A stretch of DNA of 64,000 bases from an uncultured Candidatus Bathyarchaeia archaeon (GTDB taxonomy: Archaea > Thermoproteota > CALKCG01 > B24 > JAWCPE01): positions 2,351 through 66,350 of the forward strand of contig CAYNFI010000005.1 in assembly GCA_964396445.1 (NCBI GenBank). Direction: 5' to 3'. The notes below the pieces were generated by a model. It did not search any database. It was not told the origin of the DNA and saw only the letters and a list, made by a program, of their open reading frames with translations. The translations under genes were made by a program, and so were the position numbers. Numbering within the stretch: position 1 is the stretch's first letter; every line of letters starts with the position of its first letter. Shown piece by piece: positions 39,187 through 49,227 of this stretch.

Positions 39187-39444
39187 ACTTCATCGCGATT
39201 CAGGAATTTACCTTTTCCCACATTAACGGCGTTGATTTAGGTTTTTATACGAAATCTAGAAGGGTTTTTACATGAAGGGTATTAACGAAATTGAGTTTCT
39301 TTAATTAGGTGTGGGGTTGTTTACGGGCTCTGTTTCTGAAACAGGGCGTACAGCATATTCTGTTTTCACTGTCTTATCATTGATTTTCCAAGGTTGTTAA
39401 AGGCTCTCTTCTTTCTTATGAAGTCATTCTGGTTTATTCGAGGT

Positions 39445-39840
39445 TTAGCGTTTACGTGAAACCGCCATCTGAACGGCTTTCTCAAAGTAACCTGTGGGCT
39501 TTATCGGTGGGGCGTAGATGGCTAGAAGCTTCATCGTTTCATCGCTTAGGTTCCGGATCTCATGGTCTTTACCGGCTTCAGCGATGATGATTACGTCAGG
39601 CTCTATGGGTGTAGTCTCCCCTCCGACGGTGAACGTTCCCCTACCTGTAACTATGTACATGTACTCCTCGCTTCCATCATGCCTGTGAAGCCCAGTGGTT
39701 GAGCCTGGGCTTATGATCGAGAAGAGAATGGTCACGTCCTTGGCGCCTGTAACCTCCGGTGATACGACGACCTTCAAAACCCTTTCGCATGGCGGGGGAA
39801 CCTTAACCCCAGGAACCTTCCAAGCCTTAACCACGGACAT
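39445..39840 (-). CDS. cupin-domain protein
   Basis: GSTTGLHRHDGSEEYMYIVTGRGTF...G.....D.I.I..G..HEI.N cupin motifs 1 and 2. Confidence 0.7.
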   Translation of the reverse strand: MSVVKAWKVPGVKVPPPCERVLKVVVSPEVTGAKDVTILFSIISPGSTTGLHRHDGSEEYMYIVTGRGTFTVGGETTPIEPDVIIIAEAGKDHEIRNLSDETMKLLAIYAPPIKPTGYFEKAVQMAVSRKR

Positions 39841-39924
39841 CCAAATACACCTACGTCTGAATAGCCATGGCAGCTATGCTTAAGTTTAACTATCCTCGTT
39901 GAAAGATATGCCTACGCTCGAAGG

Positions 39925-41160
39925 GTGTGTAACGTTATGGAAGCGATGCCTAGAAGTGAGCTTTTCATAAACAGTCCGCTAAACCTCCTCCCAGAAATCA
40001 GAGCCGGCTTCACGCTGCCTCCGAGGGTTTACATGCATGATGTCACGCTACGGGATGGGGAGCAGACACCGAACGTGGTTTTCACAAAGGAGGATAAGCT
40101 GAGGATCGCTCAGGCCCTCGACGACCTCGGCGTGGCACGCATCGAAGCCGGCATGCCCATCGTCTCGAGGGAAGACCGGGAAACCATAAAGGAGCTGGTC
40201 AAGCTTGGCTTGAATGCTAAAGTCTTCTGTCTCTGTAGGGCGCGTAGAGACGACATCGACGCCGCCCTTGAATGCGACGTCGACGGCATCGTCACAGATA
40301 CCTTGGCTAACCCGCGGACTGTTAAAGCCGTCTTCGGCTGGGATGAAGCTGAAGCCGTTGAGCGTATAGTGGAGATTCATCGATACGCGAAGGCGCATGG
40401 GCTCTACACATCGCTTATGCCGGTGGACTCTATAAGGGCTAACCCAGCCTTCACCGAGAGGCTTTACAAAGCCTGCGTTCATGAAGCCCACGTGGACTCC
40501 GTGGTGGTCTGCGACACCTTCGGCATGAGCTTCCCACAGGCAATGATGCACAGGGTCTGGGAGGTGAGGCGCTGGGTTGGGTCCGGGGTTCCCATAGAAC
40601 TTCACATTCACAACGACTTCGGCCTTGCCACAGCAGACGCCTTAGCAGCCGTCTCCGCAGGTGCTGAAATCATCCACGCATGCGTGAACAACCTAGGGGA
40701 ACGGGCTGGAAACGCGGCTACGGAGGAAGTAGCGGTTGCGCTTCAACTCCTCCTCGGGGTTGACGCTGGGATCAAACTGGATAAACTCTTCGAGGTTTCA
40801 AGACTTATCGAAGAACTCTCCGGTGTTAAGGTGTCCCTGGGGAAAGCCGTTGTCGGAGGCAACATCTACACATTCGAATCCGGGCTCGTCGTCTACATGT
40901 GGAAAAGCTGTAAAGACGCGGGTTTTGAACTCGGGGTCCTCCCCTACATGCCAGAAATTGTAGGCCAACACCCCGTCCGAGTCGTCGTAGGAAAGAAGAG
41001 TGGAGCCACGAGTATCCGTTATAAACTAGGCGAGATGGGCGTTACCCTTGACGAAGCGCAGCTGGACCGGCTTGTAGAAGCTGTAAAGGAGGAGTCGATA
41101 AGGAAGAAATCAACTGTAACCGATGAGGAGCTTAGAACAATGGCGTTAAAAATGCAGTAA
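39925..41160 (+). CDS. 2-isopropylmalate / homocitrate / citramalate synthase family (HMGL-like) enzyme
   Basis: DVTLRDGEQTPNVVFTKEDKLRIAQALDDLGVARIEAG; HIHNDFGLATADALAAV. At 411 aa it lacks a LeuA regulatory domain. Confidence 0.8.
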   Translation: MCNVMEAMPRSELFINSPLNLLPEIRAGFTLPPRVYMHDVTLRDGEQTPNVVFTKEDKLRIAQALDDLGVARIEAGMPIVSREDRETIKELVKLGLNAKVFCLCRARRDDIDAALECDVDGIVTDTLANPRTVKAVFGWDEAEAVERIVEIHRYAKAHGLYTSLMPVDSIRANPAFTERLYKACVHEAHVDSVVVCDTFGMSFPQAMMHRVWEVRRWVGSGVPIELHIHNDFGLATADALAAVSAGAEIIHACVNNLGERAGNAATEEVAVALQLLLGVDAGIKLDKLFEVSRLIEELSGVKVSLGKAVVGGNIYTFESGLVVYMWKSCKDAGFELGVLPYMPEIVGQHPVRVVVGKKSGATSIRYKLGEMGVTLDEAQLDRLVEAVKEESIRKKSTVTDEELRTMALKMQ

Positions 41161-41371
41161 CCCACAGCCCGACTAACGTAAAAAATGGTATTCCTCCTCT
41201 TATCTTCATTTTCAAACCTCAATTTTTCCAGCTTCAACATATTTTCTAAACCATATGGAGTCTTATTCGCTTTTGGCGTTTTTCCTAAAATAATTATGAA
41301 GTTACCATTATAGACATTGTCAACATAAGGGTAAGAACGAACTGCTATGAAGGATTTTGGGTTATTAAACG

Positions 41372-43279
41372 ATGCAATCGATGATGGTAAACCTTAATTT
41401 CTTATGGGTGTATCCTTTGGCGGTGAACTTTTTGACCGGGGGCTATTTAGGGAGAATCCTACGCGTAAACCTCTCACGGCGAAAAATTTCCAAGGAACCC
41501 TTAGACCTCGCCTTGGCGCAGATACTGTTTGGAGGAAGCGGGTACGGTGCGTGGATGCTACACCGTGAGGTTCCGGCTTCCACGGATCCTCTAGGACCCG
41601 AAAACACGTTGATCATTCTAACGGGTCCCTTCACTGGAACCCTTATCCCAGGTGGAACCCGGGCGGCTGCCGTTGCAAAATCTCCGCTTACCCGGGTCTT
41701 CGGCGAAGCTAACACCGCAGGTTTCTTCCCGAGTGAGTTGAAGTTCGCGGGGTACGATGGAATCGTTGTTACGGGTCGAGCGTTATCACCAGTTTATATC
41801 TGCATCGTAGACGATGAGGTGAATATTTCGGGTGCGCAACATCTCTGGGGTCTTGACACGTACACAACCCTAGAAGCCTTGAAAAAGGAGGTCAACGAGG
41901 AAAGGGTGAAAGTTGCCTGTATAGGTCCAGCCGGGGAGAGGCTTGCCAAGCTGGCTTCCATAATCAACGACGATGGAAGGGCATTCGGTCGCACCGGGCT
42001 GGGAGCGGTTATGGGCTCCAAGAACCTTAAAGCTATCGCTGTCCGTGGAACTGGGAAAGTCCCCATATTTGATGAGAAGAGTTTTATGGAATGCCTCCGG
42101 GAGTACCGGGCATCCGTGCTTAAGGCTCCGAGGACGCAGAACTTCCGAAGGGATGGCACGGCTGGAGGATTAGAGGTTTTCGAACATACTGGAAACCTTC
42201 CTATTAAGAACTGGAAGCGGGGAACCTTTGAGGGTGCAGTGAAGATCACTGGCGCCACCATGACGAAGACCATACTTAAACACCCTTACGCCTGCTACGG
42301 TTGCCCAGTAGCCTGCGGGCGTTTCATCGAGGTTAAAACCGGTCCCTACGCTGGGTTAACCGGTCCCGGTCCTGAGTATGAAACCCTTGCCATGCTAGGG
42401 TCGCTATGCTTCAACGATAACCTTGAGGCAGTAGCTAAGGCAAACGACCTCTGCAACCGCTATGGTCTTGATACCATAAGTACGGGAGGAGCCATCGCCT
42501 TCGCCATGGAATGCTATGAAAACGGTATTATAACGCGGGAAGACACGGGGGGCATTGACCTCACATGGGGCAGCGGTGAAGCCGTTGTGGCGATGACGGA
42601 GCTTATGGGTAGGGGGATAGACCTAGGTGCCGTGCTTGCCGATGGAGTACGGGAAGCCGCTGTGAGGCTTGGACGCGGAGCTGAGCGTTACGCCATTCAT
42701 GTGAAGGGCTTGGAGGTTCCAGCGCATGAGCCACGCCGCTACAAGTCTATGGGGTTGGAGTACGCTACGGCAAACCGGGGTGCATGCCATATGCAAGGTT
42801 TAGCCAACTGCATTGAGAGGGGGCTTCTTATGCCTGAATACGGGTTAACCATACAGCTCGACGGCTTCACCATCGAGGGTAAACCTGAGGTTACCATACT
42901 GTATCAGAACCTATGCTCAGCCCTCGACGCCTTGGGTTTATGTAAGTTCCCAGTCTTCGGCGTCACCTCTTTCGAAATCGTTGCGAAAGCATATACAAGC
43001 ATAACTGGTTGGGAGATCGATAAGTGGGGCATAGTTGAAAACGGGGAATGCATATACAACTTGAAAAGGGCCTATAATGTGAGATGCGGAGTCACCCGCG
43101 GCGACGACATCCTCCCAGAACGCTTCACAAGGGAACTCCTCCCAGACGGCGCGACTAAGGGTCAAGTATGCGAGCTTGAACCCATGTTGAAGAAATACTA
43201 CCGGCTGAGAGGCTGGGACCCTAAAACAGGTAAACCCAAGAAGACTAAGCTCAAGGGATTGAGCCTCACACAAGGATGA
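41372..43279 (+). CDS. aor: aldehyde:ferredoxin oxidoreductase (tungsten AOR family)
   Basis: GYLGRILRVNLS N-terminus, GGSGYGAWML, PLTG..GE and the Fe-S ligand segment ACYGCPVACGR. The true start is likely GTG/TTG at 41408-41432. Confidence 0.85.
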   Translation: MQSMMVNLNFLWVYPLAVNFLTGGYLGRILRVNLSRRKISKEPLDLALAQILFGGSGYGAWMLHREVPASTDPLGPENTLIILTGPFTGTLIPGGTRAAAVAKSPLTRVFGEANTAGFFPSELKFAGYDGIVVTGRALSPVYICIVDDEVNISGAQHLWGLDTYTTLEALKKEVNEERVKVACIGPAGERLAKLASIINDDGRAFGRTGLGAVMGSKNLKAIAVRGTGKVPIFDEKSFMECLREYRASVLKAPRTQNFRRDGTAGGLEVFEHTGNLPIKNWKRGTFEGAVKITGATMTKTILKHPYACYGCPVACGRFIEVKTGPYAGLTGPGPEYETLAMLGSLCFNDNLEAVAKANDLCNRYGLDTISTGGAIAFAMECYENGIITREDTGGIDLTWGSGEAVVAMTELMGRGIDLGAVLADGVREAAVRLGRGAERYAIHVKGLEVPAHEPRRYKSMGLEYATANRGACHMQGLANCIERGLLMPEYGLTIQLDGFTIEGKPEVTILYQNLCSALDALGLCKFPVFGVTSFEIVAKAYTSITGWEIDKWGIVENGECIYNLKRAYNVRCGVTRGDDILPERFTRELLPDGATKGQVCELEPMLKKYYRLRGWDPKTGKPKKTKLKGLSLTQG

Positions 43280-43651
43280 GCCTGCTGAGAGATAATACCT
43301 CCTGTTACACAGTTATTTCCAAAGTCTCCAAGAAAGCAGCTAGGGCGTTAAGCAAGGTTAAAAGCATCGCGACCTCTACGATAACGGTGCGTGAAGTGTT
43401 CAAAACTGCGTCGAGGTTAACGCCGCCGTATACACCTACAGAGGCTGCGAGGATCATTGCCACCCCCCTCAAACCATACGTGGCTATACCGTTTCACCGT
43501 ACTTGGAATAGGGTTAAAGAAACCATAGTTTAAAAAATCCATGTGATTGAGGCGGCGCCGAGTGTGAAAAAACCTACGGTTATTATGCCGAGGCTTGTAA
43601 GCGTATTCCAAACCCATAACCCAAATAAGGTTTTAAACCGCTCCCTCCGAA

Positions 43652-43984
43652 TCAGCAACGCTGATGTAAGTGCATCGATTCCCTCAGCTCCTCTAGAGGA
43701 GTTGCCAAGCTAAACCTGAAGCTTAAACGCTTGAGGAGAGTTCCAGCTGCGAAAGCTGCAAGAGTGACGATAATTTGGTCGCTCATTTTCAAGAAGAAAG
43801 CAGAAACTTCGGGTGTAAGAATAGGAATGGTGAGAATGAGTACGAGGAATGCGGAAAACGTAAGAAGCCTAAGCCAAGTAACTTTTTGAATATGTATGCG
43901 CTTCCGTAAGCCCACATATTCACCTACACAGTTCGCCTCTTGTTGAGTGCGGTTTTTCTTCGAGGAGCTTATTATGCGTGGCAC
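43652..43984 (-). CDS. small hypothetical membrane protein (possibly first fragment of a decayed gene)
   Basis: 110-aa ORF abutting the upstream oxidoreductase stop, with two hydrophobic helices. It is followed by two more short hydrophobic ORFs in other frames. Confidence 0.35.
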   Translation of the reverse strand: MPRIISSSKKNRTQQEANCVGEYVGLRKRIHIQKVTWLRLLTFSAFLVLILTIPILTPEVSAFFLKMSDQIIVTLAAFAAGTLLKRLSFRFSLATPLEELRESMHLHQRC

Positions 43985-44962
43985 TTAGATCTCTATCGCC
44001 TTACCTATGCGCGCTGACCTGTAAGCTGCGTCTACAACTGACCACGCCCTCACACCGTCTTCAGCCGGTATCGGTGGTGTAGCATCGTCGACGATGCAGT
44101 TTATGAAGGCTGACATGGCTTCAGTGAGAAAAGCAGGGTACTCCCCATTCAGAAACACACGCGTATCCGGAGACCCTACTTCATCGTAGATGGTTAACCC
44201 ACCTAAACGATCCGCCACAGCCCTCCCCTTCTCACCTAGAACCCCAGCATACGCCTCTGCGCTGAAGGCAGAATACTCTATATCCATCATGGAGATCACC
44301 TCGGAAACGTGTCTAACCATGATATGGCTCTGCGTCTCCCTTCCCTTATCATCAAACTCCATCTCTGCGTAGACACGCCTAGGCTCAGCACCTACGAGGT
44401 GCATAGCCAAGTCAACATCGTGGATACCCCAGATCGCGACTGCTCCACCACCGGCAATCGCGGGGTCAGCCATCCAATGCGCTTCGTTGAAGCCTTTCGC
44501 GTGCTGTCTCTCAGCGAAGACGTGTCTAATTCTACCGAGGCTTCCAGAGTAAACGAGCCTAGCGAGTTCAAAATAGCTCGGCTCATAGCGTTGGCTGAAC
44601 CCTGCCATCAACTTAACTCCTGCCTTATCCGCGGCTCCAGCCATCACCTGTGCATCCACCAGTGAGGCACCGAAGGGTTTATCCACGTATACATGAAGTC
44701 CCTTTTCCATCAACTCAACCGCCGTCTCACGATGTGCGTTATGGACAAGTGCAACTGTTGCCGCGTTGGCTCCTGTAACCTTAACGGCTTCCCTGATCGA
44801 GGTAAACCCCCTTACATCCATCTCCGCCGCACGCATTGAAACTTTCTCAGGGTTCCTTCCTACAACGCCAATCAGCTCTGCTCGGGGGACCTTCCTGATC
44901 GACAGGCAATGGTGTCTCCCCCAGTTACCAACCCCAACCACGAGAACCTTCACTCGATCCAC
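43985..44962 (-). CDS. Gfo/Idh/MocA family NAD(P)-dependent oxidoreductase
   Basis: N-terminal Rossmann segment VKVLVVGVGNWGRHH and EKP motif (YVDKPFG). Confidence 0.8.
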   Translation of the reverse strand: MDRVKVLVVGVGNWGRHHCLSIRKVPRAELIGVVGRNPEKVSMRAAEMDVRGFTSIREAVKVTGANAATVALVHNAHRETAVELMEKGLHVYVDKPFGASLVDAQVMAGAADKAGVKLMAGFSQRYEPSYFELARLVYSGSLGRIRHVFAERQHAKGFNEAHWMADPAIAGGGAVAIWGIHDVDLAMHLVGAEPRRVYAEMEFDDKGRETQSHIMVRHVSEVISMMDIEYSAFSAEAYAGVLGEKGRAVADRLGGLTIYDEVGSPDTRVFLNGEYPAFLTEAMSAFINCIVDDATPPIPAEDGVRAWSVVDAAYRSARIGKAIEI

Positions 44963-45055
44963 GGCTGTCCCTCCACAACTCCAACTGTTAAATCCTAACC
45001 CATATTACAGATTTCAAGGAAGGTTATCAATAAACCTGGTGGTGTTCTAGGAGAA

Positions 45056-46456
45056 TTATCTGAGTACAACGATGACTGCTAGGTCGTTGACGTTTGTCTT
45101 TGTTGGACCTGTAATGATGTTGTCGTTGAGCTTCTTGAAGAAGGTATAGGAGTCGTTTTTTTTCAGGTAGTCAAGAGGATTTAAACCCATACACCGCGCC
45201 CTGTTAAAGGTTTGCCCATCAACCACAGCGCCAGCGGCGTCCGTCGGTCCATCTAAGCCATCGGTTCCTATGGAGGCTATGACTGCACCCTTCAAGCCTA
45301 TCATCTTCAAGGCGGCGCTGAGGGTAAGCTCTTGGTTGCGTCCCCCTCTTCCCTCTCCAGTCACGGTTACGGTTGTCTCACCCCCAGCGATTATAGCTGC
45401 TGGTTTTTGAACAGGGTGACCTGAGGCTACGACTTCCTTCGCAATACCTGCATAGGCCGTTCCTACATGTCTGGCTTCACCCTCGATGAGGGATGATAGG
45501 AGCAGCGTGTGCAAACCATGTTTCTGGGCTTCGCGGCATGCGGCTGAGGCGGCTAGACGGTTGTTTCCTACGATGATGTTATGGGTTTTATCGAAAACCT
45601 TATCACCTGGCTTAGGGGTTTCCGGTATATCACCTCTCAACCCAGCTTCAAGCCTCTTATGCACAGGCTCTGGGACATCAGCCCAGAGGTTGTAGCGTTT
45701 CAGCACCGCAACCGCGTCGTTGAAGGTTGTTGGATCAGGCGCTGTGGGTCCAGAGGCGATGCTTCCCAAAGGGTCTCCGACGATGTCTGAGAGGATGAGG
45801 CTGATGAGAGTTGCGGGGTAGGCTAAACGCGCCAGCTGCCCACCTTTTAAAACTGAAAGATGTTTCCTTACAGCGTTGATCTCCTCTATGGTAGCAGGCG
45901 ACCGGTTAACAAGCATGTTTGTCACGTTCTTTTTATCTTGGAGGCTTATGCCTTCAGCTGGGAGAGGCATGAGTGCTGAGCCTCCTCCGGAGATGAGGCA
46001 GAATACAAGGTCGCTCTCATGCAGCCCTTGGAGGAGTTCAATGATCTTCCTGCTTCCCTCCAAACCGGCTTCATCAGGGATCGGATGTCCAGCCTCGTTT
46101 AATTGAACCCTACGCACCTTAAAATCCGCTCCAGTTCCCTTCAAAACGTTGACGAAGCCCGCGTCAAGCCTGTCATCGAGTACCTCCTCGAGGGCTTCAG
46201 CCATGGCGCCGCTCGCCTTTCCCCCACCAACGACAACCACTCGTCCAACCCCGTTAAGGTTGAAGCTTAGGTCTTCATTTCCAATCTTGAGGACGTAGCC
46301 GTCACTTCTGACAAAGTTTTTAACCGCGTTACGTGGATCAACGGCGTCTACACCTGCTTTTAAGGCTTCTAAAGCTATGTAACGGGCTTCCTTATCCGAG
46401 AGGTCGACAGCGTTCCGAAGTAACTCCTCCTCGTTCAGTATACGCAAACTAACCAC
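45056..46456 (-). CDS. glycerate 2-kinase / hydroxypyruvate reductase family (DUF4147 + MOFRL)
   Basis: VVVVGGGKASGAMA, LISGGGSAL and GGETTVTV.G.GRGGRNQE, with a C-terminal GTDGLDGPTDAAGA. Confidence 0.8.
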   Translation of the reverse strand: MVSLRILNEEELLRNAVDLSDKEARYIALEALKAGVDAVDPRNAVKNFVRSDGYVLKIGNEDLSFNLNGVGRVVVVGGGKASGAMAEALEEVLDDRLDAGFVNVLKGTGADFKVRRVQLNEAGHPIPDEAGLEGSRKIIELLQGLHESDLVFCLISGGGSALMPLPAEGISLQDKKNVTNMLVNRSPATIEEINAVRKHLSVLKGGQLARLAYPATLISLILSDIVGDPLGSIASGPTAPDPTTFNDAVAVLKRYNLWADVPEPVHKRLEAGLRGDIPETPKPGDKVFDKTHNIIVGNNRLAASAACREAQKHGLHTLLLSSLIEGEARHVGTAYAGIAKEVVASGHPVQKPAAIIAGGETTVTVTGEGRGGRNQELTLSAALKMIGLKGAVIASIGTDGLDGPTDAAGAVVDGQTFNRARCMGLNPLDYLKKNDSYTFFKKLNDNIITGPTKTNVNDLAVIVVLR

Positions 46457-46621
46457 AACCCTATCCGTGAAATCTAGTCTAGCATAAATGATCTAGGGAG
46501 TAGATTAACTTGATTAATGTTGCCTCTGTTCCACCATACCGGTATTAAAAGGAAACCCTCCGCTATCCACGTGTGTAATCATGGGTATGAACGGGTAGGA
46601 TGGTCGTTTACGGTTCTTGGA

Positions 46622-46942
46622 TTATAAGACTCTCTCATGTGGGGGTTTGTGAACGCGACTGCCTATTTTCACGGCTTTCAAAACACCTTCGGAGGTAAAT
46701 TCAACGATAACCTCGTCTATACGGGTGCCTTTATCAACCTCACCCATGACGAACTTGCTCTCTTGGATTAGGCACATCGCCTTGAAAAACCAAGTTTTCT
46801 TATTGATGTTGAATTGGCAGGAGATCACATCGAGGACGTCGAGAACACCGGGTACCTTAGCCATCAACCGTTTCCCAACATCCATACCTCTCCAAGCGTC
46901 ATCTACCTCTCCGCGCTTCTCCGTAGACTTCTCCTTAGACAT
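46622..46942 (-). CDS. hypothetical protein
   Basis: 106-aa ORF with plausible composition and no recognisable motif. Confidence 0.45.
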   Translation of the reverse strand: MSKEKSTEKRGEVDDAWRGMDVGKRLMAKVPGVLDVLDVISCQFNINKKTWFFKAMCLIQESKFVMGEVDKGTRIDEVIVEFTSEGVLKAVKIGSRVHKPPHERVL

Positions 46943-47211
46943 CAGTGACCCCTATGTAATGGCAATTACTGGCAAGGTAATATTTAATCATTTCACACTT
47001 ATCGTGCGGGCTTCTCACTCCCATTAATGGTGTAAGTCGAAGACCTGAGTAAGCCTTTGTCAAACTTAAAACCCTGCCTCTTCAAGTGGTTGTGTCTGGT
47101 GAAAGCCCTCTAAACCCTATGGAACAAGGATTCAAAGCACTTTACCTATAAGGGATAAACTCTAATTGGTTAAAAGGAGATATGGATTTGTAATGGAGGA
47201 GAAGGTTTGAG

Positions 47212-48057
47212 TTGATAGATGTTCACACTCACCTCGGTGGGGTTAAGGCTCGGTTTAAGAGCCTTAAGGGTATGATTTACGCTTCGGAGAAGGATCTACT
47301 TGAGTACATGGATGAGGTTGAGATTGAAGCCTCAGTTGTCCTTCCGGTGATTAAGCCTAGGCCTGAGATTGGGGAGGACATCGCGGGAGCGGACCGGGTT
47401 CTCAGCGTCTGTCAGGGCTACGAGAGGAGGCTTATCCCCTTCTGCTGCGTAGACCCCAGGGAAACTGGGGCCTCTCAGAGGGTTAGGGACTACGTGGGGA
47501 AAGGTGTTAAGGGTTATGGGGAGCATAAGATAGAGCTTAAGGTTGACAACCCTGAGTCGAAAGAGATCTACGCGCTTTGCGGGGAACTAGGGTTACCGGT
47601 TCTACTTCACATGGATCGTGTGCATAACCCAGACATCGAAGCCTTTGAAAAAGTTGTTCAAGAGTATCCAGAAACCGTCTTCATCGCTCACGGTCCTGGA
47701 TGGTGGAGAGAGGTATCAGCTGAGGTTGATAAGGCGGTCGACTACCCTAAAGGTAAAGTTGTTCCCGGTGGCAGAGCGGATGTCATGCTACGGGAATACA
47801 GGAATGTTTACGGAGATATATCGGCTGGTTCCGGGCTTAACGCGCTTCAGAGGGACCCCGAGTTCGCAGAGGATTTTGTGGCGAGGAGTTGGAGGAAGCT
47901 CCTTTACGGGTCGGATTTCCCATGCCTAGACGGTGAAGGCAAACAGTTTGGACCAGATAAGTTGCATTTAAACCTATTAAAAAGCCTTAAACTCAACGAC
48001 GAGGTTTTCCAAGCCATAACCGGCAATAACACACGTAGGCTTCTCAGGCTCCGCTAA
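47212..48057 (+). CDS. amidohydrolase-2 / TIM-barrel metal-dependent hydrolase
   Basis: N-terminal IDVHTHLGG, internal LLHMD, and AHGPGWW...YGSDFP. Confidence 0.7.
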   Translation: MIDVHTHLGGVKARFKSLKGMIYASEKDLLEYMDEVEIEASVVLPVIKPRPEIGEDIAGADRVLSVCQGYERRLIPFCCVDPRETGASQRVRDYVGKGVKGYGEHKIELKVDNPESKEIYALCGELGLPVLLHMDRVHNPDIEAFEKVVQEYPETVFIAHGPGWWREVSAEVDKAVDYPKGKVVPGGRADVMLREYRNVYGDISAGSGLNALQRDPEFAEDFVARSWRKLLYGSDFPCLDGEGKQFGPDKLHLNLLKSLKLNDEVFQAITGNNTRRLLRLR

Positions 48058-48104
48058 GCGTTAGAGATAGGTTAGCTGAGAGCCTGGGACTCAAGCCCTC
48101 TCCT

Positions 48105-49058
48105 CTACTCGTATATCGGGGTTCCCTTAAACTCCTTCACGTATGCTTTAAACGCTTCTACAAGCTTCTCCGTTATGTGTCCAGGTGCTGCAGCTCCTAT
48201 CTTTCTACCATCGACCTCCGAGACTGGTACGATCTCAGCCGCTGTACCCGTTAGGAAGACTTCATCAGCGGTGTAGAGGTCGTGTGGAGTTAGGGTTTTC
48301 TCAAAGGCTTTGTATCCAAGTTTCTCAGCGAGTTCCATGACAACGGCGCGTGTGATGCCGTGCAGCGCCGCTGTTGGAGGCGGCGTATAAATCCACGCGT
48401 TCTTAACGATGAATATGTTTTCCCCACAGGCTTCGCCTACCAAACCGTTCACGTCGAGCATTATGGCGTCATCAGCGCCTACCGCGTTCGCCTGTAGCTT
48501 CGCCATGATGTTGTCTATGTAGGATATGGACTTGATCTTTGAGTCTACAGAGTATGGTGACTTCCGCCTCACAGAGGATATGATTAGCTTAACCGCTTTC
48601 TCACCTAGAAGCGGGGGGAAGGGATAAGCCATGATGATTACGGAGGCTCTCACAGACCTTCTAGGGTCTAAGCCAAGTTTTCCAGGGCCTCTTGTAATGA
48701 TGGGTCTAATGTGGGCGTTTGTTAAACCATTTTTACGGAGCGTAAGCACTATTGCCTGCTTAAGCTCCTCTATTGTCAAGGGTATGGTAATTCCTAAAGC
48801 CTTAGCTGAGTCGAATAACCGCGCTACATGTTCATCCAGCTTGAACACGTAACCGTTGTAGGCTCTAATACCCTCGAAAACTCCGTCTCCTAGGCAGAGT
48901 CCGTGGTCGAATGGTGTTATCCGCGCCTCATCACCCTTAAGGAATTTTCCGTCGTAGTAGATGTATAGGTTGTAGTAGCCTTCCTTACTTAGGATCGTCT
49001 TTAAGTCGGGTTGAAACCGTTCGCTTAGGAACTCTTCCAGGGCCAAACCAACCACCAC
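48105..49058 (-). CDS. ilvE: branched-chain amino acid aminotransferase (fold-type IV PLP)
   Basis: GDGVFEGIRAYNG.VF.L.EH..RL..SA, ITRG.G.LGL, and EACGENIFIV...TPP..A.LHGITR...FLTGTAAEI.PV.EVDGR. Confidence 0.85.
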   Translation of the reverse strand: MVVGLALEEFLSERFQPDLKTILSKEGYYNLYIYYDGKFLKGDEARITPFDHGLCLGDGVFEGIRAYNGYVFKLDEHVARLFDSAKALGITIPLTIEELKQAIVLTLRKNGLTNAHIRPIITRGPGKLGLDPRRSVRASVIIMAYPFPPLLGEKAVKLIISSVRRKSPYSVDSKIKSISYIDNIMAKLQANAVGADDAIMLDVNGLVGEACGENIFIVKNAWIYTPPPTAALHGITRAVVMELAEKLGYKAFEKTLTPHDLYTADEVFLTGTAAEIVPVSEVDGRKIGAAAPGHITEKLVEAFKAYVKEFKGTPIYE

Positions 49059-49227
49059 TGAGTATCTAATCGCTTTATGTGAAGCCTGTTATACCAATCA
49101 ACCTATAATTAACCTTTACACTGAGCATGGCGAATCCCTCGATAGACGACTGACAAAATTCCTAAGCCTTTGGATTGAGGCGTTATACTTAAAACAAGGG
49201 TTTGGTGATAAGTGGCTAGGTGAGCTC

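Noticed and set aside
40048-40611. Long antisense ORFs inside well-supported genes (40048-40611, 41794-42273, 14149-14574, 13528-13935, 6131-6535, 24212-24616, 25472-25861, 59449-59760 and many shorter ones)
   Set aside because: Each lies entirely opposite a gene with strong family motifs. They have low-complexity Ser/Pro/Arg-rich composition and no motif of their own. This is the typical shadow-ORF artefact of moderately GC-rich coding DNA.
43276-43533. 85-aa ORF overlapping the AOR stop (ATGA), as a possible coupled small subunit
   Set aside because: The sequence is very basic and Ser/Thr/Ala-rich with no motif. It lies opposite hydrophobic minus-strand ORFs that look more protein-like. 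I treat it as a shadow ORF, though not with certainty.
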